Shown here in pieces: positions 29,407-39,629 of a stretch of DNA of 64,000 nucleotides. A program made the translations under genes and the position numbers. Within the stretch, counting starts at the first letter, position 1. Each line of letters begins with the position of its first letter. Origin of the DNA: Alphaproteobacteria bacterium (GTDB taxonomy: Bacteria > Pseudomonadota > Alphaproteobacteria > SP197); the NCBI GenBank assembly GCA_965213815.1, contig OZ243917.1, positions 1,626,832 through 1,690,831 of the forward strand. The letters are read 5' to 3'. The notes under the pieces are model-generated. The model searched no databases. It was given only the letters and a program-made list of their open reading frames with translations, and was not told the origin of the DNA.

Positions 29407-30378
29407 GCGCAGCAGTCCCGACGCATACCCGCAAGCGATGCCAACCCTCCGCCAACCGGCACGCCGCGGAGGCGCTTGCCACGAAAACCCCACAATGGAA
29501 GCACCAAGGGAAGAAGACGGATACCTCGCCACAGATATGATCATGCCTTCACGAAACCCGATGCCGTGTCCAAAACCGTGCCTTACAGCCAATGTTCCGC
29601 GTTTTGCAAAACCGCCGATAGACCGGCCGGAACGACACGCCACGGCACTCCCGGTGCCGCGCGACGCCATCGCAGCCGGCTGCCATCATGCAGTCCGTCT
29701 TTCCGCCCGTTCAAACTTCCGTTGCGTCATCCGGCCCCTGACCGAGCTCACGCCCGGGACCAGTGCCCGCGTCACCAACGTCGCGCTTGCACTGATCATC
29801 CTCAAAGAACGGGTTCGTTTCGGTAGCCCGGTTTCCGTTGACCCTGAGCGTCTCGATCCTGGCGTCCAAGATGACTGTCAGCGCTGACGAACCGTGCCGT
29901 CAGGCCATCATTCGAGCGAATCTGGCTGCCGCCCACACCGGCAATCGGGACGCTGGCAGTGTATCCGTGACGGCCGGGTCGCCAGGATCGGGTTCGTGCG
30001 GACAGCCCTGCCACAGGCATGGACGACTCCGAGACCCTGCATTAGGTTTGCGCTGTGCTGGTGCAGATGGAAATCAACGGATAACCGGCTCTCAAAGTGC
30101 GCAGGCTCGCGATCCGTCGATCAGCTTCGATGCCGTTGACAGGGCTGGCTCGGTGGTGCCGCGACTCAAGTGACGTTTCATGCCTCGGGTGATCGGCCGG
30201 GGCGGCCATGATAGTTCGGTCTCCAGGATTGCGCACGGGTAGAAGCAGGCAATGACCCAGACAAGATTCGTGACAATGACCACCCTTGCGACCTGCCTCC
30301 TAACTCGTTGCGTCATGTGGTGGAGGAGGCGGTGGTGGTCCCGGCCCCGGTTCCGTCCTGGACAGACCACCAACAGTC

Positions 30379-32589
30379 ATGCCTGACCCACCCCCGTCCA
30401 ATGCCGCAGATCTCCTCGGCACGCCCCGGTTCACGACGCACCAGCCACTCGTTCTGGAGCAGATCGGCGCACATCATGCCTACGCCAGAGGCCTGACCGG
30501 CAGAGGCATCAGGATCGGGATCGACGACACGATCGTCGACTACACGCAGCAGGCCGAGTTCGAAGGCAGGATAGCGCTCACGGCGGCTGACGGCGCGGAC
30601 CTTGCCTACAACCGTCCGGACGGGAACGAGTACTTCAGCCATGTCGGCAACTGCCAGTTCGCCCGAACATGCGACATCTGGCAGGCCGACAGTGCGGGAG
30701 ATCCTGAAGCGGTCAACAACTGGGTGCAGCAGATCGTGGACGAAAACGGGTGGCCCCTCAGGGACGATTCCGTCTTTATCCGGGACGAGCACTACAGCGA
30801 GTCCGACGCTCTTGAACGGCTGTATCGATGGAAGGAGGTGCCAACACCTTATGAAGAAGGCGCCCACGGAACCATCGTGGCTTCAGTCGCGGCCGGGAAG
30901 AACCTCGGTGTGACGCCGGCAGCAACCATCATTCCGGTTGCACAGAATCTCACCGACGACCAGAGAGCGGACATCCTGGCCGACGCCACGGTGCGACAGG
31001 CGATTGCGCTTCTTTCCCCTGCAGACCGACATCAGCTGGATATGCAGTTGGCAAGCGACCAACGGGTCGAGTATGCGAAGTTCGATATCATCAACCGATC
31101 CTACGGGACACCCATCTTCGATCCGGAGGTGGTCTCCAGCGCTGTTGATTCGGAAATGCGATGGTACCGGCGGTACATGCCCCGCTACCTCGATGCCGTA
31201 TTGCAGGTCGACAGGTCTGCCGATGAGAAGACCATTCTTGTTTACGCCGCCGGCAACGAGGCAGAACCCTGGTCCGGTCTGGGAGCGGACCTGCCCTATT
31301 ACATCCCGGAGTTGAGAGGACACTCCCTTGCCGTCGCTGCAACGGATCCGCAAACGGGAGCCATTGCCGAGTATTCCAACCGATGCGGTACCCTTCCGCC
31401 TGACTGGAATGCCGCGAGACACGGCCCGCACTACTGCCTCGCCGCGCCAGGCACGGTCCGGGGCCTCGTGCCGAACCAGAATTCGCCCGGGCAGGGCGAC
31501 GTGGGTGACGGACTGAAGGGAACCAGCTACGCCGCGCCCATGGTTACAGGAGCGCTTGCGCTGATGATGGAGCACTTCCGGGGGACGCGCGGCAACACCG
31601 AGGTCGCGAAGAGGATGCTCGATACGGCGGACCGAAGCGGACGCTACGCCGATCTGGAGGTCTATGGGGCTGGGCACCTCGATCTCGAGGCCGCGCTGGC
31701 GCCCGTCGGCGCGCTGAACGTCGGCCCGTCGGCCCAGGCGATCCACAGCACCGTGTTGCAGACGCCCGCGGCCTTCGGCTCCCTGGCGTCGCGTACCGCC
31801 AGCCTCGAAGTCGCCGCCTTCGACAGCCATGACTTTCCATTCTGGGTTCCGGTATCGGCATTGATTTCAACTCGGACGAGCCAGCATTCTCCCATCCCCG
31901 AGATCGATGAGGCAGCACCCGAGCCAGCCACCGGACTCGACGTTCTCGGCCTCCATTGGACCCCTCTCGCAGACCTCCACAGCAGTGGACCCGCGGCCAA
32001 CCGGAACTGGGTGGCGGGCTTCAATCCGACATCCGCCAGCCTCGCACGCCAGCCCGTGGATGGTGGCTGGGGCTACGGCCTCAGCGTCGATGCAGACAGT
32101 TATCTGGGAGCACGTTCGTCCGGCGCATTCGGATCGGATCTCACCTCCGGCATGATCTGGGCCTCCCACAGCCGCAGCCAGGATCTCCCGAACGGCTGGG
32201 CACTGGAGGCCGCGGGAACGCTGGCGTTCAGCATCCCTGCCTACGAGAGGGACGCGATCTTCCAGGCCTCTCCCTCCGTGCTTTCGTCATTCTCGATGCA
32301 GGTTGGCACGCCCGGGACGCACCTCTCAGTCGAGCAGCCGCTGCGTGCCGAAACGGGTACAGGCACGTTCGTTGTGGATAACGGATGGATAGAGAACGGG
32401 CGCAGGCTCCATGATGAGCACCGCGTTTCGCTCAGTCCCGATGCACGGGAGATGCGCATCACGCTTCGTCACGAGGCAGACGCGGCCGGTGGCCGCATCG
32501 CCCTCAAAATAGGAGGCGCACTCAACTCCGGTCACATTCCAGGCGAGCAGGAAGCGACCACGGGCTTGGCCTGGCGCTTCCTCTGGTAG
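30379..32589 (+). CDS. Subtilisin-like (S8) serine protease autotransporter, NalP-like. Catalytic triad D (GIRIGIDDTIVD), H (HGTIVASVAAG) and S (GTSYAAPMVTG), then a C-terminal beta-barrel ending ...LAWRFLW. The lipoprotein signal peptide is in a different frame upstream (30252-30303); see finding.
   Basis: Motifs in the 736-aa ORF. C-terminal aromatic residue typical of outer-membrane barrels. Confidence 0.7.
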   Translation: MPDPPPSNAADLLGTPRFTTHQPLVLEQIGAHHAYARGLTGRGIRIGIDDTIVDYTQQAEFEGRIALTAADGADLAYNRPDGNEYFSHVGNCQFARTCDIWQADSAGDPEAVNNWVQQIVDENGWPLRDDSVFIRDEHYSESDALERLYRWKEVPTPYEEGAHGTIVASVAAGKNLGVTPAATIIPVAQNLTDDQRADILADATVRQAIALLSPADRHQLDMQLASDQRVEYAKFDIINRSYGTPIFDPEVVSSAVDSEMRWYRRYMPRYLDAVLQVDRSADEKTILVYAAGNEAEPWSGLGADLPYYIPELRGHSLAVAATDPQTGAIAEYSNRCGTLPPDWNAARHGPHYCLAAPGTVRGLVPNQNSPGQGDVGDGLKGTSYAAPMVTGALALMMEHFRGTRGNTEVAKRMLDTADRSGRYADLEVYGAGHLDLEAALAPVGALNVGPSAQAIHSTVLQTPAAFGSLASRTASLEVAAFDSHDFPFWVPVSALISTRTSQHSPIPEIDEAAPEPATGLDVLGLHWTPLADLHSSGPAANRNWVAGFNPTSASLARQPVDGGWGYGLSVDADSYLGARSSGAFGSDLTSGMIWASHSRSQDLPNGWALEAAGTLAFSIPAYERDAIFQASPSVLSSFSMQVGTPGTHLSVEQPLRAETGTGTFVVDNGWIENGRRLHDEHRVSLSPDAREMRITLRHEADAAGGRIALKIGGALNSGHIPGEQEATTGLAWRFLW

Positions 32590-32593
32590 TCCG

Positions 32594-32857
32594 ATGCGCC
32601 CCATTCTGGCAGTTGCATGCGTCGCCACCCTGGCAACCGCGTGCGCGGAGCAACAAGGACGGGAACCTCCGCACGCTCCGATCGTGCAGGACGGCGCCAT
32701 TTACACCCCCGCCGATGTCGGCCCACTGGGGTGCGTACTCTACAGCATCGAGATTCCGGGATTCCACACGCCGGCAGCCTTGGTCTACAGAAACGACGAT
32801 GGTTCATTCAGTTATGCCCGACCTGAGCGCTGTGAAAAGACTGAAGAAAAAAGATAG
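32594..32857 (+). CDS. Small putative lipoprotein (87 aa; signal peptide with lipobox LATAC). It starts 5 bp after the protease stop and is probably co-transcribed.
   Basis: Signal peptide and lipobox. Function unknown. Confidence 0.4.
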   Translation: MRPILAVACVATLATACAEQQGREPPHAPIVQDGAIYTPADVGPLGCVLYSIEIPGFHTPAALVYRNDDGSFSYARPERCEKTEEKR

Positions 32858-33400
32858 GCGTCACGCATTCGGCGAGGTCCTGGTTTGCTTCGATGGGTCA
32901 TGTTTCAAGCAGGAGCGGATTGGCGTGGGAGCGAGGATCGTGTGGGGCAGGAAGTGGCGTGGCCCATTCTTCTTTTCCTTGCATGGCGGCAACCCCCCGT
33001 TTGCGTGCGACTCTATCGCGATGAGGAATGATCAGCGCGCACAGCATCAATTCTTGCATCGCCCGGTGGGGCGCTGCCGGGCCATTGAAGCAAGGGTCCG
33101 GTCTGGGTTTCGCCGGCTCGGAAGATGTCCACGGGGTCATGTTGACGACCGGAGATAGCAGGGGTTAAACTTGACGTGCGGTTGAGGGATCTGACTATGG
33201 CCGTATGCACATCGCAAGAGGCGATTCGCCGGTGAGCCAGGAGAACGGATGTCCTTGTCCTGAGGGGTGTGTCCTTTTTGCAACACGGTCTGAAGGATCG
33301 CCGCTTGACCGGTTGTCCCCCGACGGGGTTAGATAGTTTTGTTTACACACCCGATTCGATTCGGGCCACGCATCATCCTTGCAAGGGAGAAATGTAACCT

Positions 33401-34966
33401 ATGACCAGATTGAACAAACTTACCGCACTTGCGGCAGTTGTGGCCTTGTCGGTCGGGCTTGCTGCGTGTGGCGGTGGGTCGTCATCCACGACCATGATGG
33501 ACACAACTCCGGACCCAGCCGTTGAGCAGAAGATGTCGGCAGAGCAAGCCATTGCAATGGCAAAGGCTGCCGTGGACGCGGTCACCACGAGTGCGACCGA
33601 CGCACAAGTTGCGGCTGCGAATCAGGCCATCGCGGACGCCACGGCCGCAGTTACGGCAGGTACGGCCCTGTCGGCGGCTGACATGACAGCACTCAACGGG
33701 CAGATCGCAGCAATCCAGGGCAATCTCACCCAGCGTTTGGCGGATCGTCAGGCCGTTGCGGATGCGGATGCCATAACCGACAAAGAGAATGCAGAGCAAG
33801 CTGCGGCAGACGCGAAGGCCAGGATTGCATCAGCGAAGGCTCTCGAGGGTGCTATTGCGAGTGCAGCAGCTGTAGCGGACCTCACGGTCTCAATGGATTC
33901 AATTCCTGTGATCACAGATGGCGACGGCACAACCACCGCGATCACGCTTAAGGCAGGTGACGAGGTTGGTTCCCTCGGAGGCTGGATGGGCATGACCCGC
34001 AGCGGCACGGATAGTGAGGAGGATGATGCGAACAGCGGCGAAGCCAGAATCTATACCAACCAAGACGCTGACAAAGTCACCACTCACGCATTTATTAGTG
34101 AAGCCGCTGCGGTTGCACGTACTGGACTGACGATCAACGACGGGGCTGGTGACGTTGACGACGACTACACCGTCGGCCAAGAGGCTCACAAACACATCGA
34201 CAGCCCCAGTTTCCCAATGAGGGGAACAGTAACTTACACCGAAGATGATCGTAAGTTCACTGGCACCTTCAAGGGTGCGTCAGGTACCTATCAGTGCACC
34301 GTCCTCTCGTGCACCGCTGTTTACGGCGAAGAGGGTCTCAGTCTGACAGGAACTTGGACCTTCACACCCGCTGCAGGTGCCATGCTGGATGTCGTCGTAG
34401 AAGACGGTGAATACCTGTACTTTGGATGGTGGGTCCGCAAGGACGACGAGGGAACTCCAACACATGCGGGTGTCCTTTCTGGTGCAGTCGGTGACGATCT
34501 GCCCCCAGCGCCGGGCATCGGCACTGCCGACCTCGTTGGCGAGGCCACTTACACCGGCAAGGCCGCAGGCAAGTTTGCCGTCAGCGACCCGATCAATCCG
34601 GCTAGCGACAACTCCGGCCACTTCACCGCGGATGCTGAGTTGATGGCCGACTTCAAGGATGACGGTGCCACTCTGTCTGGCACTATCGATGCCTTCAGGT
34701 TGAATGATGGTAGCGAGGATGCTGGTTGGAGTGTTGAGTTGAAGGAGGCAACATTCTCCGTCGACACGTTCGCAGCTGGTACAGACGGCACTGTCTGGTC
34801 CGTTGGCGACAACAGCGGCAACGCATCGGGTGAGTGGGAAGCGCAGATGTTCGACGAGGAGACCGATGACGACAGCAATGTCCCAACGACCGTTGTCGGT
34901 AGCTTCATGTCAGATATCGGCACCACACACAGCATGGTCGGCGCGTTCGGTGCCCACGTCGACTGA
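33401..34966 (+). CDS. Surface lipoprotein SLP2 (521 aa; lipobox GLAAC, poly-Gly/Ser linker, TbpB-like C-terminal barrel ending MVGAFGAHVD). It is the expressed copy, with a GGGAGA RBS and an ATG.
   Basis: Signal peptide and lipobox. C-terminal GAFGA motif typical of Slam-dependent surface lipoproteins. Confidence 0.7.
   Translation: MTRLNKLTALAAVVALSVGLAACGGGSSSTTMMDTTPDPAVEQKMSAEQAIAMAKAAVDAVTTSATDAQVAAANQAIADATAAVTAGTALSAADMTALNGQIAAIQGNLTQRLADRQAVADADAITDKENAEQAAADAKARIASAKALEGAIASAAAVADLTVSMDSIPVITDGDGTTTAITLKAGDEVGSLGGWMGMTRSGTDSEEDDANSGEARIYTNQDADKVTTHAFISEAAAVARTGLTINDGAGDVDDDYTVGQEAHKHIDSPSFPMRGTVTYTEDDRKFTGTFKGASGTYQCTVLSCTAVYGEEGLSLTGTWTFTPAAGAMLDVVVEDGEYLYFGWWVRKDDEGTPTHAGVLSGAVGDDLPPAPGIGTADLVGEATYTGKAAGKFAVSDPINPASDNSGHFTADAELMADFKDDGATLSGTIDAFRLNDGSEDAGWSVELKEATFSVDTFAAGTDGTVWSVGDNSGNASGEWEAQMFDEETDDDSNVPTTVVGSFMSDIGTTHSMVGAFGAHVD
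33413..33490 (+). repeat. About 78-bp segment (SLP2 signal-peptide/lipobox codons), about 92% identical in inverted orientation to 41138-41215 at the 5' end of SLP3.
   Basis: Hand alignment found about 6 mismatches over 78 bp. Confidence 0.7.
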
Positions 34967-34989
34967 GTAAGTTCACTTAAGACACACCT

Positions 34990-35025
34990 AAGGCGAGGGC
35001 TGTAGTGGCCCTCGCCTTTCTTCTG
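34990..35025 (+). terminator. Rho-independent terminator: stem AAGGCGAGGGC / GCCCTCGCCTT followed by TCTTCTG.
   Basis: Read directly from the sequence, 24 bp after the SLP2 stop. Confidence 0.6.
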
Positions 35026-35071
35026 CGACTAGACTGCGGTCATTGATTCTTCGTTACGAACGTCCCTGCCG

Positions 35072-35170
35072 TCACGAGATACCACTGAGGGGTCCGGCAA
35101 TCAGAACGGTGAAGGGCAGTAGCATCCAACCGCCGACGAAGAAGATGGTGAAGAGGCTTTTATCATTCAT
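35072..35170 (-). CDS. Possible 32-aa single-TM peptide (MNDKSLFTIFFVGGWMLLPFTVLIAGPLSGIS).
   Basis: C-terminal part of track ORF 35072..35293. Confidence 0.2.
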   Translation of the reverse strand: MNDKSLFTIFFVGGWMLLPFTVLIAGPLSGIS

Positions 35171-35179
35171 CGTTTGGCC

Positions 35180-35560
35180 TGGTCTCTGACCGACGCCGGC
35201 GGTAGAAGTGCAGGAAGATGCACCGGGATGGCTGAGCACCATGACGAAGGCCATCAAATCGCGGTAGCACCGGGTTGCCCCGGTCCCCCGCACAGATTCG
35301 GACAGGCGCTGTTCGCATCCGGCTCTTCCCTCAGGTCTTTAAGACGAGTCGCTGGTTTGGCCACGGGTGGCGGATACTGGCTGTGGGCCAGTGGGCTGCG
35401 GTGAGGAGAACGATGTCCCCCCCATTCAGTGCGATCCCGCTGGGACCGTCGCCGAAGGGCACGCATGAGCAGCCGCTTACTGGTGTATGAACCTCTGCAG
35501 GTCGCGACCGCTCCCGGGGACGGCATAGTAGTTGAGCCGGCCATTGAGGACCCGCCCAAG
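35180..35560 (-). mobile_element. 3' fragment of a group II intron (RT C-terminus ...LLMRALRRRSQRDRTEW... HWPTASIRHPWPNQRLVLKT). It belongs to the same lineage as the fragment at 44104-44850.
   Basis: Similarity between fragments in the two minus-strand ORFs 35254..35637 and 35331..35753 and the 44530..44799 ORF. Confidence 0.4.
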
Positions 35561-36039
35561 CCACTTGGCCGTCTCGTGCCGGTTGTCGTGCCACCGGCGA
35601 AAAATTCCTGCGACACTTGACGGCTATTCTTGGGCATTTGACGGCCGGGATGGTGCCGTATGTGTTCTCTCCCGAGAGTCTACAGGAGCGTTCCCTGTTG
35701 TTGGTTTCGGTAGCTGGCCGGAGGCCAGCGGGATGCGAGCGTAGGCGAGCCATTGTTTTGTTTCAACAGCCGGCTGAACGCGGCGGCTGGCCCCTCACCG
35801 TGGCATGGCCGCCGCGCGTTCCGGGCCTGTGAATGGCGACCCGGCGCCGCAGGCGCCCATGGACCCGGCCGACAGGCCGGGCTCCCTCAGGCGCCGCTGC
35901 CGTCCGGCGGCGGATTGTTTGGCTTGTGCCGGTGCGCAGACATGTCACTGCCCGTTGCCTCAAGAGAGGCCTGGCTTGTTCTGCTGGGTCCGTCCACCGC
36001 CTCCTTTGTGCATGGACGAGAGCCAGGCACCCATCGCCG

Positions 36040-36131
36040 ACGCCGTCCTCGACCGTCTCGTTCACGGCGCCTTCGAGCTGCACGGTACGTCCATGCGCAC
36101 CGACGACGCTGGCGCCGGTACCAAGGCATGA
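36040..36131 (+). pseudogene. istB: About 30-codon C-terminal remnant of an IS21 IstB helper ATPase (...IADAVLDRLVHGAFELHGTSMR...).
   Basis: IstB C-terminal consensus AILDRLLHH..I.GESYR. Confidence 0.35.
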
Positions 36132-36251
36132 GCGCGGTAAGGGAGCGCCGCACCCCGGGGCGCGGCACCTGCGTCGCTGCGCTCCGGGGTGGCTACTTTG
36201 GTGACATCAGGCGGCTACGTTGGTGACATTCGGCATAGTGGAACCGCTTGT

Positions 36252-37625
36252 TCAGAACTGCTGGACGAAGCGCAACTCGCCCGAGGTTCGACTGTAGCCG
36301 TGGAGCTGGGCGTTACTTTCGCGGGTCTCACGGACGACCGCGAGTTCGGGGCTGAACCCCATCAGGTTCAGTGCCCGGTTGTAGGTGGAAAGCCTGTACG
36401 ACCGGGTACGGTCCTCGCGCGGGCCGTTGTCGGCAACGAAGGGAAACCAGCCCCGTTCGTAGTCCGTCCAGCGCATCTCCGCACTGCCGCCGACCGTAAA
36501 GCCCAGGGGAAGGGCAACGGTGATGCCCGTGCCGAGCCACCGGCCACGGTGGCGCTCGTGCCGGGCCTTCGGTCGCTGCTGCGCGTAGCCGGCGGAGACA
36601 TCGGCCCGCACCGTCGGCATGACCACCCACGAGCCGCGCAGGGTCGCATCCCAGACCGGACCATCCAGGCGGGTCCGGGTGCGGTAGCGACGGTCGTGCC
36701 ACGACGTCTGGGCGCTGGCGGTCACCCGCGGGCCCAGCCGGTGGGCGGCCTCGATGCGGACGCCCAGGTCGTGGTAGTCGGGCGTGCTGGACCAGCGCTG
36801 CCGAGCGCTCGCCAAAAGGCTCGCCTCTGTCGAGGCGTCCAGAAGCCAGCGCGGACCGAGATGGAGGGCAACGAAGTGCTGGTCGAAGTCGGAGCGGGCG
36901 TACTCTCGCCGAGATGCCTGCGCGCCGGCGCGGATGCGCAGACTGTCGGAGACCGGCGCCTGGTACTCCGCCCCACCCCAGAACGACAGACCGATGCCCG
37001 ACCTGGTCAGTTCCTCTGCGTCCCGCTCGAACGGAAGGCCGTAGATGATGATGGTGCGCTCGTTTGACGTGCCGCCAATGTTGGTGTCCGGTGCCACCGC
37101 GAAACCCAGATTGAAGCTCCAGCGTTTGCGGGCACGAATCTCGGCAAGAAAGGCGTTGACGTTGCTGGCCACCGCTTCGGGCGGCTCGCCCGCAAGTACG
37201 TGCTCGAAATGCCGCAGGGCGAGTTCGTCCTCACCTTTCAGGAAGAAGGCGCGGGCCAACTCCAGGCGCACCCGCACCAAGTTCGGATCGTGAACCAGCA
37301 TGGTGTGGAAGGCGGCGATCGCCTCATTCAGCAAAGCGTCGCGCTCCTCCTCGGTACGCCCGGGGCGCTGAGCCGCCCCGACGGCGGCGAGGCCGTAGAG
37401 AAAGAGCGTATTGGGTTCGACCGCTTCCCCGAGGAGCAGGGGCTGCAAAAGGCCAAAAGCATCTTCGAACCGTCCGGCGTCGATCAACTCCTGCGGGCTT
37501 GCCGCCTCGACCGCGTCCGCGGCGTCGGAGGACTGCGCCCCGGCGTGGTGAGCGGAGAGCAGGGCGAAGAGGAGACAGGCGGCGAGCGCCAAGGTGCGGT
37601 AGGGCGATGCGGAAGCAGAGAGCAT
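36252..37625 (-). CDS. Slam (surface lipoprotein assembly modulator)-type outer-membrane translocator. Signal peptide, periplasmic TPR region, and a C-terminal DUF560 14-strand barrel (...RALNLMGFSPELAVVRETRESNAQLHGYSRTSGELRFVQQF). Start is ATG 37625 with an AAGAGG RBS.
   Basis: Domain architecture and C-terminal motif. It is co-located with TbpB-like lipoproteins. Confidence 0.75.
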   Translation of the reverse strand: MLSASASPYRTLALAACLLFALLSAHHAGAQSSDAADAVEAASPQELIDAGRFEDAFGLLQPLLLGEAVEPNTLFLYGLAAVGAAQRPGRTEEERDALLNEAIAAFHTMLVHDPNLVRVRLELARAFFLKGEDELALRHFEHVLAGEPPEAVASNVNAFLAEIRARKRWSFNLGFAVAPDTNIGGTSNERTIIIYGLPFERDAEELTRSGIGLSFWGGAEYQAPVSDSLRIRAGAQASRREYARSDFDQHFVALHLGPRWLLDASTEASLLASARQRWSSTPDYHDLGVRIEAAHRLGPRVTASAQTSWHDRRYRTRTRLDGPVWDATLRGSWVVMPTVRADVSAGYAQQRPKARHERHRGRWLGTGITVALPLGFTVGGSAEMRWTDYERGWFPFVADNGPREDRTRSYRLSTYNRALNLMGFSPELAVVRETRESNAQLHGYSRTSGELRFVQQF

Positions 37626-37639
37626 TGTGCCTCTTGGCA

Positions 37640-39620
37640 GGAACGGCGACATCGGTGACATCACAACGAGGTGATCAGGATAGGGAGGAGAGCCGCGCGG
37701 CTCCACTTCTCTCACACCACCGAGTGTACGGGTCTGTACCCGGCAGTTCAACGGATTTGAGCTGTGGCATGGTTCGCGAACGGGACGAGGCCAGGCCGGG
37801 TGAAGAAGGCGTTGAGCAGTGCACAGAAAAGCACGGGGCCGTTGCTGAGCCACCATGGACCATGGGCACCGCCGGCAGTTTTCGTTACCAGATGCTTGTT
37901 GACACTGAGGCCGCGCAACGCAACGAAGCGTGTGCGTCCGCGCTTCCTTTGCCGCCAGACGATGGCACGAAGCCTCCGACTGACCCATCGGTCGAGGCGG
38001 TGCGGCACCAAGGGGTTTCGCAGAAGTCGAAGTAGCCCGGCGTTCCGACGAGGTAGCGAGTCAGCTCCGTAACGAAGTGAACGAGACTGACGCTCCTCAA
38101 ACAGCGCGTCAGTGCCCGGATCCGCGTCTTGAGCCGGGCAAGCTCCGGCTGCGGCGTGATGCGCCGCCTGGGTGTCCGCTCGGCCGTGAAGCCGAAGCCC
38201 AGTGATGCCTGCGCCGACGCCCGGCCAACAGCGCTCTTGTCTGTGTTCATCGTCAGCTTGAGCCGCCGGGCGAGGAAGTCGGTCACGCTCGCCATGACTC
38301 GCTCGCCCGCTGAGACAACAGGTAGATGCTGCAGTCGTCGGCGCAGCGCACAAAGCGGTGGCCGCGCTTCTCCAACTCCTTGTCCAGAACGTCGAGCATC
38401 AGATTCGACAGAATCAGCGAGAGCGGCCCAACCTGCGGGACTCCCTCGGTCATTGGGCCAACAGCCCACCTTCCAGAACGCTCGCGGTCAGGAAGTCGCG
38501 GATCAGCCTGATCAAGCGTTTGTCGGCCACCAGACCCATCAGAACGTCGTGATTGACCCGGTCGAAGAACTTTTCGAGATCAAGATCGACCACGATACCG
38601 AAGACCGCGCTGATATGATCCTGCGCGCACTTGACCGCTTGATGGGCTGAGCGTCCGGGCCAGAACCCGTGGCTCGCGTCTGAGAGGGTGGGAGCCCAGG
38701 TCCCCCTGCAGCACCTGCATCACCGCCTGCTGGATGAAGCGGTCGAGCACCGTTGGTACACCGAGCGGACGAATCCCGCCTGATGCCTTCGGTATCTGTA
38801 AACGCCGCACCGGCTTCGGGGTGTAGGCACCATCAAGAAGCCGGGACGTGATCTCAGGCCAATGGCTCTTCAGGTGGTCATCCAAGTCATCGACGGTCAC
38901 ATCGTCGATACTGGGCACCCCTTGTTGCGGTGGACACGCGCCAGCGCCTTCCGCAAATTGCCGGGCTGGATCACCGCCTCCATCGACGGTCCCTGCCCGG
39001 CCGCAGGGCGTTCGGGCTCGACGCGCGATGCAGACTTCGGTCCCCTGGCGTCCGACGCTCCGGGCTTCACCCTTCGCCGCCGACACCAAGGCCAGTTCCA
39101 GCTGGATTTTCTGTCGCCGGGGCCTCATGAGCGTGCCGTCCTGGCAACCCTGTCCATCGTTCAGGCCTTCACCAGAGAGCCGGCTACTAAGCCTTCTGCT
39201 GACTTCTGCGCCGCAATCACGGCCCTTGCGGAACCGCTCAGCCGGGAACTTCCGAACACGGCGCAGACCCCAAGGTTGAGACCAACCGCCTTCACCGCAC
39301 TCCCGTCGGATTTGCCACCCCGACCCTTGATGGCTCTGGGCTTCGCAATCATTGGCCCGCTCGTCCGGCCGGGTAGGCCTCGTATCCGGTTCTTGTTCAT
39401 CGGATCGCGGCTTTGCTCCACACTTCCTTCAATCACCGCCTCGCGACGACGCCCTTGCGTTTCGCTGATCCTTCGCCGCCATCGGGCTGGGATAGAGGAC
39501 TTGCATCTCCAAGCTGTCGATCATGCTCGGCACACAAAGAGAGGGTGGCACGCAGTGCCACCCTCCTCAAGTCCGACCCAAGTAGTCTGGAACCTGTCGC
39601 AAGGTCCCAGACCAATCAGA
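37640..39620 (-). mobile_element. Degenerate group II intron between SLP3 and the Slam gene. The RT/maturase is broken into at least three frames (38580..39128, 37885..38469, 37748..38353), and the YADD region is lost.
   Basis: RT motifs LLDGAYTPKPVRRLQIPKASGGIRPLGVPT, FLARRLKLTMNTDKSAV and RLRAIVWRQRKRGRTRFVALRGLSV in separate frames. Confidence 0.6.
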
Positions 39621-39629
39621 CGGTAACTC

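Noticed and set aside
29407-30250. Searched for a tRNA or tmRNA target next to the shredded integrase.
   Set aside because: I saw no T-arm or cloverleaf-like sequence (GGTTCGA.TCC) by eye. This is not conclusive without tRNAscan.
36189-37067. 292-aa plus-strand ORF.
   Set aside because: Antisense to the Slam gene; R/A/G/P-rich. Spurious.
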